A DNA stretch of 64,000 nucleotides, from assembly GCF_006345805.1 (NCBI RefSeq), contig NC_043025.1:11284001-11348000 (forward strand), given 5' to 3'. A program made the position numbers and the translations under genes. Under the pieces are notes generated by a model that was given only the letters and a program-made list of their open reading frames with translations, was not told the origin of the DNA and did not search any database. This DNA is from Octopus sinensis. Its lineage: Eukaryota. Positions 1 through 11,869 of this stretch are shown here, one piece after another; position 1 is the first letter of the stretch, and every line of letters starts with the position of its first letter.

Positions 1-39
<39 letters not shown>

Positions 40-493
40 TAGTTTTACTTTTATCACGTGCTTTCACTTCACTACCAAGCGCAGCTGTGTGTGCCTTGGG
101 TATGTGCTGTGGTTTGTTGTGATGCTCTTTCTTTTGTTGTGATGATCTTTCTATTGAAAGATTCCTTCTTTTTTTCTTCTTCTTTCTCTCTCTCATTCAA
201 TTACCATTTCTTCCTTCTTTAAATTTACTTATCATCATTATCACCACCATCATTATTTAATTTCTTTTGTAACTTTCCTCTTCTTGGAGAAATCAGATTC
301 CTCTTCTTTCAGAAATCAGATTCTGATAGCAACCATTATCATTCCTTCTTGAAAATTCTTCAAAATTTCATCTTTTACAGTCTCTTTTCTCAAATGGCAC
401 CATTTCAGATGGACATTAAATGATGATGACGGTGATGATATATATCATGTGAACAGAAAACAAAAATCTGTTATACTTCAAAAATTTCATTTG

Positions 494-833
494 TTTTGTA
501 TTTGTTCTGCAGCCACCTTCATACCTTAAATGCAAACATCATCAAACATGTAATTATTACATAATTAATTTGAATGTGATGAGCATATCATTTCATCAGG
601 AGTAAATACTTTGAAATTCCATGGAAGTCTTTTTCCAGCGCTTAAGTATGAATCGCAACACATTTTGTATTTGTTCTGCTGCCAATTTCATACGTTAAAT
701 GCAAACATCATCAAAATGTAATTATTACATAATTAATTTAAATGTGATGTGCATATCATTTCATCAGGAGCAAATACTTTGAAATTTCATGGAAGTCTTT
801 TTCCAGCGCTTAAAGTATGAATCGCAACACATT
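494..833. repeat. ~170-bp tandem duplication
   Basis: TTTGTATTTGTTCTGC...GTATGAATCGCAACACATT occurs twice back to back. Confidence 0.85.
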
Positions 834-1296
834 AAGAAACAGAGGCTGGTAAATAACGATGGATTAAATTACTAGTTTCTTCTGAGGATCTGGTGTTTGA
901 GTGTGATATTGCAATCATCTACTACATAACAATTACTGCACAATGTACGAGTATTTGCCAGTGAAACATGTGTAAAAAGCGGGAGAGACAAGGTTTTACA
1001 AAGACAAGTGGAGGATTTGAGTAATGAAGAACTGGACATCATCAGGAATATATTGATTAGGTGATTGATTGATTGATTGATTGATTAATTCACTAATTTA
1101 TTGAGTGGGAGAGTGAGCAATGGACGAATGGAGGGATTGAGAAGACAAATAAAGAATACTGAGAAAAAGAACTATGTTTGTTTGTTCATCATCAAATCAC
1201 CATTTAGCATGGTTCCCATGCTGGTAGGCAGAGGACTGGTGCAAGCTCAGTTGCTTACTGCACATGCAAATATATATTGATGTATGTACATGCATG

Positions 1297-1336
<40 letters not shown>

Positions 1337-1421
1337 CAAAATAAGCAACAAGGATATCCAAAGGTAATGCAGTACGATCGTTTCATGCGACTCCATTTAA
1401 TTGAACAATGCAATCATTTCA

Positions 1422-1703
1422 TTACATCAATTTAAAATGTAGAGCAATCTTCAGGTGCACAAAGACATAGAATTTAATTAAATTAGAACAGATGGACGCA
1501 TTAGTATAATTTTACCTAAAATCTCCCAGGGGATATGGAGATAGACAAAGAAGATGTTTTACCAACAGCATCATGTTCTACTAACTACTTATCCTCTTAG
1601 AGATTTTAGGTAAAATTTTACTAATGTGTCCACCTGTTCTAATTTAATTAAATTCTATGTCTTTGTGCAGCTGAAGATTGCTCTACATTTTGAATTGATG
1701 TAA
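1422..1703. repeat. Fold-back element, 104-bp arms, 74-bp spacer
   Basis: 1422-1525 is the reverse complement of 1600-1703 with ~5 mismatches. Confidence 0.9.
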
Positions 1704-1865
1704 ATAACATTGAAAGAACAATACAAATTCATCAACTCGGTTTGCATAACGAGCCTGTTTTGTTTTTTAAATTGTGGATTTCTCTGATCATATGATCGAG
1801 TTTACATACATGTGCACACACATATACATTTGTGTATGTGCATATAAACAAATAAATAAATAAAC

Positions 1866-2015
1866 ATATATATATGTATATATTATTTTATTTATATATG
1901 TATATATACATATATATATATATACATATATATATATGTATATATATATATGTGTATATATATGTGTATATATTACATGTATGTATAATATATATAATAT
2001 ATATATACATATATA

Positions 2016-2053
<38 letters not shown>

Positions 2054-2186
2054 TACACATATATATGTATAGATATATATATGTATATATACATATATAT
2101 ATATACATATATATATATGTATATATATATATATGTGTATATATATGTGTATATATATATACATGTAGTGTATATATATATTTATG

Positions 2187-2219
<33 letters not shown>

Positions 2220-2248
2220 TTATATATATATTATATATTATATATATA

Positions 2249-2282
<34 letters not shown>

Positions 2283-2290
2283 TAATACAT
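1866..2290. repeat. Compound (TA)n/(TG)n microsatellite
   Basis: Direct reading. Similar tracts lie at 1299-1333, 22405-22480, 35060-35360, 55090-55320 and 55890-55980. Confidence 0.95.
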
Positions 2291-2419
2291 ACGTATAGTG
2301 TATTAAATCATTTTATCATTTTTGTTTGTTTTGTCTCTCCATATCTCCTCCTCCTCTTCCTCATCTACCCCTCCCCTCCTCCAATTTTAATTCACCCTTG
2401 TTCTCACCTTCAAAACCCG

Positions 2420-3091
2420 TCAAACTTTCCAGAAGAATTTCCGCAAAGACTTCCGAAAGTAACTCTCCTTCTTCGGCGCCAACACGCGGTCGAGGGCGAC
2501 CTGGAACACGTCGTCGACGCCTTCGCCCGTCACCGAAGAGCACTCGACGTAGCCCGCCGCGCCGTGGCGCTTGGACCACTTCGACGCCTTCCGCTTTGAC
2601 ACGAACGCCGTCGACGAAGGACCGGAACCGTCCATCCACGAGAAACGACGACGGGCGGATCGTAAATAATGAGAATGGTAACCATGGTGAGAATTACGGT
2701 GATGAAAATGATGAGCGGAGGGATGAGGAAACTGTGGCACCTCAGAAGCATCATCAATATTGTTCTTGTTGTTGCAGTCTTCCTCCTCATCATCGTCATG
2801 ACGATGCTGATGGAGATGGTTGTGATGCTGTCTGTTTTTGGTGTTGTTGTTGTTATTGTTGTTGTTGTGTTTGTTGTTGTTGCTGGTTCTGGGAGTTTCG
2901 TTCTGGAGTTTCTCTCGGAGGTCCAAGTGAGTACCGACCAGCATAAAGGGAGTGTTCGGACGGTACTCCTTCAGTTCGGTCATCCACCGAGTGCTGAGGT
3001 TCTCGAATGACGTCGGATTGACCAACGAGAAGCAGACGATGAACAGGTCGGTGTCGTAGTAGGCCAGCGTCCGGAGTCGGTCGTAGGTAAC
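2420..3091 (-). CDS. Terminal coding exon of an atypical Rho-family small GTPase (5' exons not seen)
   Basis: Acceptor tttgtccag|GTT at 3092/3091 (phase 0) gives [60 protein letters not shown]...[25 protein letters not shown], matching the Rho/Rac/Cdc42 switch II, G4 (GTxLD) and G5 (ECSA) regions. 672 bp = 223 aa + TGA. Confidence 0.9.
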   Translation of the reverse strand, partial: VTYDRLRTLAYYDTDLFIVCFSLVNPTSFENLSTRWMTELKEYRPNTPFMLVGTHLDLREKLQNETPRTSNNNKHNNNNNNNNTKNRQHHNHLHQHRHDDDEEEDCNNKNNIDDASEVPQFPHPSAHHFHHRNSHHGYHSHYLRSARRRFSWMDGSGPSSTAFVSKRKASKWSKRHGAAGYVECSSVTGEGVDDVFQVALDRVLAPKKESYFRKSLRKFFWKV

Positions 3092-3203
3092 CTGGACAAA
3101 AAATATATAAAAAAAAATATATTATAACAAAAGTTTATGAAAGTAAAAAGAAAATTACACACAGCTTGCTTACGAACCACATGGTCCGGGTTCAGTGTGG
3201 AGG

Positions 3204-3303
3204 NNNNNNNNNNNNNNNNNNNNNNNNNNNNNNNNNNNNNNNNNNNNNNNNNNNNNNNNNNNNNNNNNNNNNNNNNNNNNNNNNNNNNNNNNNNNNNNNN
3301 NNN
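3204..3303. other. Assembly gap (100 N, probably unknown true size)
   Basis: Run of exactly 100 N. Confidence 0.99.
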
Positions 3304-3402
3304 AACCCTTTTTCACTAAAGCGCAACTGGAGAATATGTCTGATTATGAGAAAAGACACCTTCAAAATTTGCGTCGGAATTATGAAGCTATGTTAATGCT
3401 TG
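3304..3402 (+). CDS. PRDM9: PRDM9-like exon: ancestral KRAB domain (5' end lost in the gap)
   Basis: PFFTKAQLENMSDYEKRHLQNLRRNYEAMLML-G aligns with the human PRDM9 KRAB ([32 protein letters not shown], from memory). Donor G|gtaatt at 3402/3403, phase 1. Confidence 0.85.
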
Positions 3403-5455
3403 GTAATTACACTTTTGCTGTATCATTGTTGTGTTTTCTCTCTCTTTTTCATTAGGATCCAATTTACTTCAGATTGTTAGAAACTGAATATTTAACCCTC
3501 TTTTATTTTAGTACACATTGTGTTATGTCCAGTTTCAAACTTTAATATCATAAACAAACTAAATTGTATGATATAAGTTGAGAATAGGCGCAGGAGTGGC
3601 TGTGTGGTAAGTAGCTTGCTTACCAACCACATGGTTCCGGGTTCAGTCCCATTGCGTGGCATCTTGGGCAAGTGTCTTCTGCTATAGCCTCAGGCTGACC
3701 AAAGCCTTGTGAGTGGATTTGGTAGACGGAAACTAAAAGAAGCCCATCGTATATATGTATATATATATGTGTGTGTGTATATGTTTGTGTGTCTGTGTTT
3801 GTCCCCCTAGCATTGCTTGACAACCGATGCTGGTGTGTTTACGTCCCCGTCACTTAGCAGTTCGGGAAAAGAGACCGATAGAATAAGTACTGGGCTTACA
3901 AAGAATAAGTCCCGAAGTCGAGTTGCTCGACTAAAAGATTTATTTTTTGTAAGCCTAGTACTTATTCTATCGGTCTCTTTTTCCGAACCGCTAAGTTACG
4001 GGGACGTAGACACACCAGCATCAATGGTGGGAGAACAAACACATACATACACACACACATATATACACATTTATATATATATGTATATATATTTATATAT
4101 TTATACGACAGACTTCTTCCAGTTTACGTCTACCAAATCCACTCACAAGGCTTTGCTCGGCCCGAGGCTATAGTAGAATACACTTGCCCAAGGTGTGACG
4201 CAGTGGGACTGAACCCGGAACCATGTGGTAAGCAAGCTACTTAGCACACAGCCACTCCTGCGCCTATATTGAGGGTCTGCAAGGTGTCCAAACTATAATT
4301 GATGTATTACTGGTGTGATCAGGCTAGTCATAGAAGTGACCCATTGCAGCCAAAAAACCCAGTAAGCTTGTAGCTGCCCCATCAGGCAAGTAGAGTGCTC
4401 CTCATGAATTTCCTGGTTTTCATTTAAACGATTTTCTTAAATTTCTTTGTCAGGTTTACGTCCCATTAAACCAAATTTTATGGAGTCAAAAAGACATCAA
4501 TTAAAAAAGAATCAAGAAACTGTAAACCATGATGACGATGACGATGATGTTGAATGGCTCCCAAGTTACAAAAAGAAAAGACAGCGACCAGGTATTCAGT
4601 TACTCTTTTACTTGTTTCAGTCATTTGACTGCGGCCATGCTGGAGCACCGCCTTTAATCGAGCAACCTGACCCCGGGACTTATTCTTTTTTGCAAGCCCA
4701 GTACTTATTCTATCGGATCTCTTTTGACAAATGGCTAAGTTTCGGGGACATAAACACACCAGCATCGGTTGTCAAGCAATGCTAGGGGGACAAATACACA
4801 CATGCATATATATATATATATATATATACATATATACGATGGGCTTCTTTCAGTTTCCGTCTACCAAATCCACTCACAAGGTTTTGGTCGGCCCGAGGCT
4901 ATAGTAGAATACACTTGCCCAAGGTGCCACGCAGTGGGACTGTACCCGGAAGCATGCGGTTGGTAAACAAGCTACTTGCCACACAGCCATTCCTAGTGGG
5001 ACTGAACCCGGAACCATGTGGTTGGTGAACATGCTACTTACCCACACAGCCACTTCTAGTGGGACTGAACCCGGAACCATGTGGTTGGTGAACAAGCTAC
5101 TTACCACACAGCCACTCGTGAACTTTAAATGAAATTCATCCATTTCAGAGTTCTTACAATATTTTTCAGTCATATTTTCTCATTCTTAGCATTCTACACA
5201 GAATCACATTACAATGATAAAGCATGCTTTCTTCATCCTCTCTCATTAAGTATTCTATTCCTACTTCAAAGACCTCCATATTTCTGAACTTCTTAAATAC
5301 ATACGAACTCCACCTAATACACTGAATTCTTCTCCCCTCATCACTTTTACTGAGTGTATTACTTAAGCCTTAAATTAACTACTTGCTCCTATCCTTTTCT
5401 GCTCAGTGTTACCCTCTAAAATCTCCTCTTTGCTGATTATGTTTAACCTGTAAAG

Positions 5456-5528
5456 GTCTACATACATTCAACGTGAACAGTTTACAATATTGGTCTCACC
5501 AGTCTCGGAGAGCCTACGAAAGCAATAG
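5456..5528 (+). CDS. PRDM9: PRDM9-like linker exon (predicted)
   Basis: taaag|GT...AG|gtatag, 73 bp, phase 1 to 2, open frame GLHTFNVNSLQYWSHQSRRAYESN. Supported only by splice signals and phase continuity. Confidence 0.55.
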
Positions 5529-5732
5529 GTATAGCACTTTTCTCCATTGTAGACTATAAAAATCATTGTTGATGACAATATGCCTGTTATTATCACTAAG
5601 TTATATATTTTATCATGTTATCCTGAAATCATAATTGTTTACTGTTTAATTTACTATTTACATCATATTTTCTTTAATTTCACATAAAAAAATATGCTTT
5701 CATATAATATATAATATTCTTCCAGTTTTCAG

Positions 5733-5784
5733 ATTACCAATTGCGCGTTCAGTACCCAATAGACCAAAACAAATAGTAAAAACT
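5733..5784 (+). CDS. PRDM9: PRDM9-like linker exon (predicted)
   Basis: ttttcag|A...ACT|gtaagt, 52 bp, phase 2 to 0, RLPIARSVPNRPKQIVKT. Confidence 0.6.
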
Positions 5785-5819
5785 GTAAGTTAACTGACTA
5801 TTTTATTAATTACAAATCA

Positions 5820-5860
<41 letters not shown>

Positions 5861-7151
5861 TATAAGTAATTTTAGAGACAGAACCACCATCAACTCAATC
5901 AACACTGAAAGGTTTTATACCCACCACTCCATAATATTTTGAAAATTAAATCTTGTACTAACTATATCTATTCTGAATCCTGTATTTTCTGTTTATAAGA
6001 CTACACGTGGAGGCGCAGTGGCCCAGTGGTTAGGGCAGCGGACTCGCAGTCGTAGGATCGCAGTTTCGATTCCCAGACTGGGCATTGTGAGTGTTTATTA
6101 AGTGAAAACACCTAAAGCTCCACGAGGCTCCGGCGGGATGTAGAGGTGAACTCTGCTGTACTCTTTCACCACAACTTTCTCTTACTCTTTCTTCCTGTTT
6201 CTGTTGTACCTGTATTTCAAAGGGTCAGCCTTGTCACACTCTGTGTCGCACTGAATTTCCCCGAGAACTACATTAAGGGTACACGTGTCTGTGGAGTGCT
6301 CAGCCACTTGCACATTAATAAATGAGCTGTGACGTCACTGGTGCCAAGCTGTTTCGGCCCCTTTGCCTTTCCCTTAGATAACATCGGTGGTGCAGAGAGG
6401 GGAAGCTGGTATGCATGGGCGACTGCTGGTCTTCCATAAACAACCTTGCCCAGACTTGTGCCTCAGAGGGTAACTTTCTAGGGGCAATCCCTTCAAATCC
6501 TGCTGAGATTAACTTTAGATTTTTGTCCTTTCAATGTCGATGAAGTACCAGTCAAGTACTGCATTTGATGATATTCAGTATTCAGCCCCACTATCCACCT
6601 TCAAAATTACTGACCCTGTGTCTAAATGAAAAGAAATTTTCTTTTTTCTTCTAAAATAAAGATTTTCAAAGCTGGTTAAACAATATTCTACTTGAAAAAA
6701 TATTCTAAATCAATCATAAATAGCTGTCCTCTTTCCTCTCTCTCTCTCTCTCTCTAATATATATATATAATATATATATATATATATGTGGAGGCACAAT
6801 GGCCCAGTGGTTAGGTCAGCGCATTCGCGGTCGTAGGGTCGCGGTTTCAATTCCCAGACCGGGTGTTGTGAGTGCTTATTGAGCGAAAACTCCTAAAGCT
6901 CCATTAGGCTCTGGCAGGGGATGGTGGTGATCCCTGCTGTACTCTTTCACCACAACTTTATCTCACTCTTTCTTTTGTTGGCCTGCTCACTTAGCCAGCG
7001 GGGTGGCATCATTTGAAGGCTAAAACAATGCGAAGCGCATTGTGACCAGTGATGTGTAGCAACATCTGATAGCCTGGTCGGTCAAGGTGATATATATATA
7101 TATATATATACATATATATGTATATATATACACACATATATATATATATAT

Positions 7152-7182
<31 letters not shown>

Positions 7183-7186
7183 ATAT

Positions 7187-7303
7187 ATTAGAGGGAAACC
7201 ACCATGTGGACACCCATATACTAGAAATAGATCCACTATGGTCTCAACACCAAGCAGATCTATTTCTAGCATATGGGTGTCCACATGGTGGTTTCCCTCT
7301 AAT
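7187..7303. repeat. Hairpin, 47-bp arms, 23-nt loop
   Basis: 7187-7233 versus 7257-7303, one mismatch. Confidence 0.9.
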
Positions 7304-7545
7304 ATGTATATAATACAGTTTTACTGAACCTTCAGTTTTTTTTTATGCTAGACCACTTGTGTGAAATCGATGTTAATTAAATTAATATCTAATTTCTCAC
7401 CCTTATTTTAAATTTATGTCTATATATATATACATACATATATATACATATATATACACATCCAACCTCTCTAGTTGCCCTTGTCATTATAATCAATTTC
7501 ATTGTCCTTTATCTGCTTTAGTATCATCAATTAACTTTTATCTAG

Positions 7546-7654
7546 ATTAAACCAGAAAAAACTAAAGTAAGTAACATCATGTTTCCTATGAAATTAAGGA
7601 AAAGACCTGAAAATTCCACTTCTTTAGAAGTACCATCTGACGATAGCTTTATTT
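7546..7654 (+). CDS. PRDM9: PRDM9-like exon: SSXRD motif
   Basis: ttttatctag|ATT...T|gtaagt, 109 bp. IKPEKTKVSNIMFPMKLRKRPENSTSLEVPSDDSFI resembles [23 protein letters not shown]. Confidence 0.85.
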
Positions 7655-7999
7655 GTAAGTATAATGGTTTGTTTTGTGATGATTTTCATGAAAGTGTTTG
7701 TTATTTAAGCAGACATCCACACATTGCTCTGTTTGTGTGGGTAGTGAATTGAACTTACAGCCCAGCCCCCAAACATTACAAACTAGAAGCAGTGATGTTG
7801 GCAACTGATATATTGGTATGAATATGAATTGACATTGAGCTTTGATTTGGCTTTCTGCCTACAATTTGAACATTACATGTTAGGTGATTGTGTTGTTATA
7901 CTGAACTATGGAATTTCTTTACAGTTGAGAGACCAGTATAAGAATTAAGTGATGTAAACCATGGATTCTTAACTCTGAGCTTTTTTGATAGCTATCTAT

Positions 8000-8420
8000 C
8001 TATCTATCTATCCGCTCAGTCGAAGTTGACTCTCGGTCACTCGATGGATTAGTGTCCTCCAGTCAGTTCTTTCCTGGGCCGCTTCTTTCAGATTGGCTAT
8101 GTCCATTCCGGTATCCCTCTTGATGGTGTCAAGCCAGCGGGTTCTTGGTCGGCCTCTTCCTCTCTTGCCACTGACCATTCCGAGCATGATGTCCTTCTCC
8201 AGGGATTTTCTCCGCATAATATGACTGAAATATGCCAATCTATGCTTGGTGATCCTAGCTTCTAGCGACATTTTCAGCATGATCAGGTAAAGAACTTCTC
8301 CATTGGGGAGCCTCGCTGTCCATGGAATCCGTAAAAGTCTTCTCCAACACCAAAGCTCGAATGCATTAATTCTTTTCTGGTCAGCTTTCTTTAGTGTCCA
8401 GATCTCGCATCCATATGTTT
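8000..8420 (-). mobile_element. RTE-clade LINE 3' fragment
   Basis: YGCEIWTL...AFELWCWRRLLRIPWTAR...KRGRGRPRTRWLD followed by a (GATA)n tail. Confidence 0.88.
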
Positions 8421-8938
8421 GATAGCAGAATGTAAAAATATTAATAGAAGCTGTAGTTTGATTATACAACATAAACTATATACAGTATGAGTGATAGGAG
8501 TAAAAAAGTTGTGATTCAGAGTAGCTCTTAGATTTGAAGAGCCACATATGAACATTTAAGCAAATATATTTATTTCTATATCCATCTGTTTCATGTGATC
8601 TTTCATAGAATTGAAAATCATTAGACATACACATATAACTGTAATGGAGATAAAACTACTTCAGTTTAACTAATGGAAAACATTGGCTGTAGACTTAGCC
8701 ATTGTGGGATAGTGTAGAGCAAGGTTACACATTTAGCAGTATAATTAGCCAGAAAATATCTAACAACAGGGATTTAAAACTGAGATGCTCTGCCAGCAAT
8801 TAATACAAGAATCTCGCTTTACAGTGCTACAATAAAGCATTCTATGAATTTACTAGAATATTAAAATATATTCACTCCGGGATAACGTAGTAAAACAATG
8901 TAATTGTTTTAAATTTATTTCTTGCTGACTTTCATTAG

Positions 8939-9015
8939 ATTGTGAAGACTGCAATGAAGAGTATACTGGCGACTGTCCTAATCATGGCCCACTCCTTGTG
9001 GTTTCAGATAATAAG
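8939..9015 (+). CDS. PRDM9: PRDM9-like exon: pre-SET zinc knuckle (C-x2-C-x7-C-x2-H)
   Basis: ttcattag|AT...AAG|gtaaac, 77 bp, (Y)CEDCNEEYTGDCPNHGPLLVVSDNK. Confidence 0.9.
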
Positions 9016-9189
9016 GTAAACATTCCTGACCATTATAACTATATACACTTTCATGATGGTTTGTTTAATAATATATTCCAATATAGATTAAGGAACAAAA
9101 GTGTTTATGCATTTGTATTTCATGATTGTTAGAAACAAAATATAATCTAGCTTTGTTACTCGAGTGATTGAACACATCTTTTATTAAAT

Positions 9190-9610
9190 AAAGTTCGTGT
9201 TCGTTGTCAGCCTCGGCTGGCCCCCGTGCCGGTGACACGTAAAAGCACCATCCGTTCGTGTTCGTGGCTGTTTGCCAGCTCTATCTGGCCCCGTGTCGGT
9301 GGCACGTAAAAGCACCATCCGTTCGTGGCCGTTGCCAGCATCGCCTGGCCCCGTGCCGGTGACACGTAAAAGCACCATCCGTTCGTGGCCGTTCGCCAGC
9401 TCTGTCTGGCACCTGTGCAGGTGGCACGTAAAAAGCACCCACTACACTCGCGGAGTGGTTGGCGTTAGGAAGGGCATCCAGCCGTAGAAACACTGCCAGA
9501 TCTGACTGGGCCTGACGAAGCCTTCCAGCTTCACAGACCCCAGTTGACCCGTCCAACCCATGCTAGCATGGAAAGCGGACGCTAAATGATGATGATGATG
9601 ATGATGATGA
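9190..9610 (+). mobile_element. Non-autonomous retroelement family D with RTE-like tail and internal ~55-bp minisatellite
   Basis: GGTTGGCGTTAGGAAGGGCATCCAGC...GCATGGAAAGCGGACGCTAAA(TGA)n. Minus copies near 15545, 45335, 46570, 47220, 51365 and 63650; plus copy at 24285. Confidence 0.75.
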
Positions 9611-10576
9611 AAGTTTAGTTTATAATTATCTTTGAATGATATAAATCGTATCTGTGGTAAAAAGTGTGTTTCCCAACCACATGGTTCCAGGTTCAGTCTC
9701 ACTGCTTGGCACTTTGGGTAAGTTTTTATTCTGGTATAGCTGTGGGCTGAACAAAGCTTGTGAGCAGATTTGATAGACAGAAACTAGAAAAAGTCTGTCG
9801 TTCGTGTGTATAAATGTTGCTGACTCATTGCTTTGACATCACATAATAATTATAACTGGGTGTCACGGCAATGTAAGCAGTATCCTTTATTTCCACTCTT
9901 CCTTGGAAAATACGTCTGATTATGGAGATAGGAAACTTGAAAACAGGTGAGGGTTGGTGATAAGAAAGTTATTTACCCATAGAAAATCTGCCTCAACAAC
10001 AAATTTCATCTGACCCATGCAACATGGAAAAAAAAAATGTTTAACGATGACCATAGATGCTTCTTATAATTAGTCTGGTAATATAAATTTCCAACCATTT
10101 ATAGCAAGACTTTAAAGAAGACGAAATATGTTGCCAGGTGTTGTTTTGGCCGATAAGAGATAATACAAATAGTCTGTTCAGAGTGGCTGTGTGGTAAGTA
10201 GCTTGCTTACCAAGCACATGGTTCGAGGTTCAGTCCCACTGCGAGGCACCTTGTGACTTCTACTATAGCCTCGAGCCGACCAAGTGGATTTGGTAGACGG
10301 AAACTGAAAGAAGCCCGTCGTATATATGTATGTGTGTGTGTTTGTCCCCCCCAACATCGCTTGACAACCGATGCGGGTGTGTTTACGTCCACGTGACTTA
10401 GTGTTTCGGCAAAAAAAAAAACGGTAGAATAAGTACTAGGCTTACAAAGTCCTGGGGTCGATTTGCTCGACTAAAGGCGGTGCTCCAGCATGGCCGCAGT
10501 CAGACTGAAACAAGTAAAAGAGTATAGAATTTATTAGAGTTGGAGTCAATTATCAATTATTTTTCTTTGCATTTAG

Positions 10577-10771
10577 GTTGCTAAAGGATCTCCGAATCGA
10601 GCCAAATTAACTGCTCCACCTTGTGTGTCTATCACAAAATCAAAAATCCCAGGAGCTGGTCTTGGAGCTATTGCACTTGTTACAATTCATGCTAGAAGCA
10701 GGTTCGGCCCTTATGAAGGAAAAGTTATCGATGATCAGGATGAAGCTCATATTTCTGGTTACAGTTGGCAG
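10577..10771 (+). CDS. PRDM9: PRDM9-like exon: PR/SET N-half
   Basis: atttag|GTT...CAG|gtactg, 195 bp. VAKGSPNRAKLTAPPCVSITKSKIPGAGLGAIALVTIHARSRFGPYEGKVIDDQDEAHISGYSWQ contains the Y276-equivalent in GYSW. Confidence 0.93.
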
Positions 10772-10921
10772 GTACTGTGTTAAAAACAATGGAATATACT
10801 TAACATGTTTTAATATCTATGAAATATTGTTAATGTATTAGCTATAGCAATATTAAATTATTAACTTATAGTATAGCCTAGAAACTGAAAGAAGCCTGTT
10901 GTGTGTGAATATGTATGTATA

Positions 10922-11308
10922 TCTCTCTATATATAAACGGCAGTTTGTCTGTGCGTGTTTCTGTGCGTCTGTTTTCTTGTACCCTCACTCTGACCACGGC
11001 TTTCAACCGATTCTGATGAAACTTGACACACACATAGCCCAATGTCATAATTCAAAACTAACGCAGCGAAAATTTTGAAAAGTTCCCCCAGTTCTGAAAA
11101 AAATCGATAAATTCGACATGGGGTCGAGAATCAAAAAAAACAAACCACAGACTGTCTAGGGGACGCAACTCAACCTTTTTTTACTCTCAAAAAAAAATTT
11201 ACCATCATTTTTTTTCCATTTTTTTGCTATTTTTTGGCTATAACTCTCTAAAAATGCTTTATAGTTATTTCCCTTACAAACCTGAGCAACGCCGGGCGAT
11301 ACTGCTAG
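10922..11308 (+). mobile_element. Non-autonomous Helitron
   Basis: 5' TC...TATATAAA start and 3' GAGCAACGCCGGGCGATACTG-CTAG|T end. No TSD. Confidence 0.8.
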
Positions 11309-11320
11309 TATGTATATATA

Positions 11321-11491
11321 GGCACAGGAGTGGCTGTGTGGTAAGTAACTTGCTAACCAACTATATGGTTCCGTTTTCAGTCTCACTGCGTGGCATCTTG
11401 AGCAAGTGTCTTCTGCTATAGCCCCGGGCCGACCAATACCTTGTGAGTGGATTTGGTAGACGGAAACTGAAAGAAGCCTGTCGTATATATG

Positions 11492-11524
<33 letters not shown>

Positions 11525-11725
11525 TTGTGTGCCTATGTTTGTCCCCCTAGCATTGCTTGACAACCGATGCTGGTGTGTTTACGTCCCCGTCACTTAGTGG
11601 TTAGGCAAAAGAGACAGATAGAATAAGTACTGGGCTTACAAAGAATAAGTCCCGGGGTCGATTTTCTCGACTAAAGGCGGTGCTCCAGCATGGCCGCAGT
11701 CAAATGACTGAAACAAGTAAAAGAG
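11321..11725 (+). mobile_element. tRNA-derived SINE family A (representative)
   Basis: A-box TGGCTGTGTGG, B-box GGTTCAGTCCC, internal (TA)n(TG)n, 3' CCAGCATGGCCGCAGTCAAATGACTGAAACAAGTAAAAGAG. Other copies or fragments near 3586, 4000-5110, 10180, 15010, 19814, 26418, 35990, 42958, 43710, 44440, 47717-48587, 52105, 53900, 54415, 60065-60790, 62658 and 63925. Confidence 0.9.
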
Positions 11726-11729
11726 TATA

Positions 11730-11760
<31 letters not shown>

Positions 11761-11869
11761 TCGCTCTCCTATGCTGCATGCAGTCTCTCAAATATAGGTA
11801 GTTGTCATGTTTCTGCACCATCCCTCAGTATATTGTAAGCTATACACTACATTCCTAACCTTCCAGTTA

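Noticed and set aside
1788-2298. Several I/Y/M-rich ORFs (also near 22358, 35053-35363, 52927-53214 and 55030-55369)
   Set aside because: Translations of (TA)n/(TG)n microsatellites, which lack stop codons in some frames. No coding signal.
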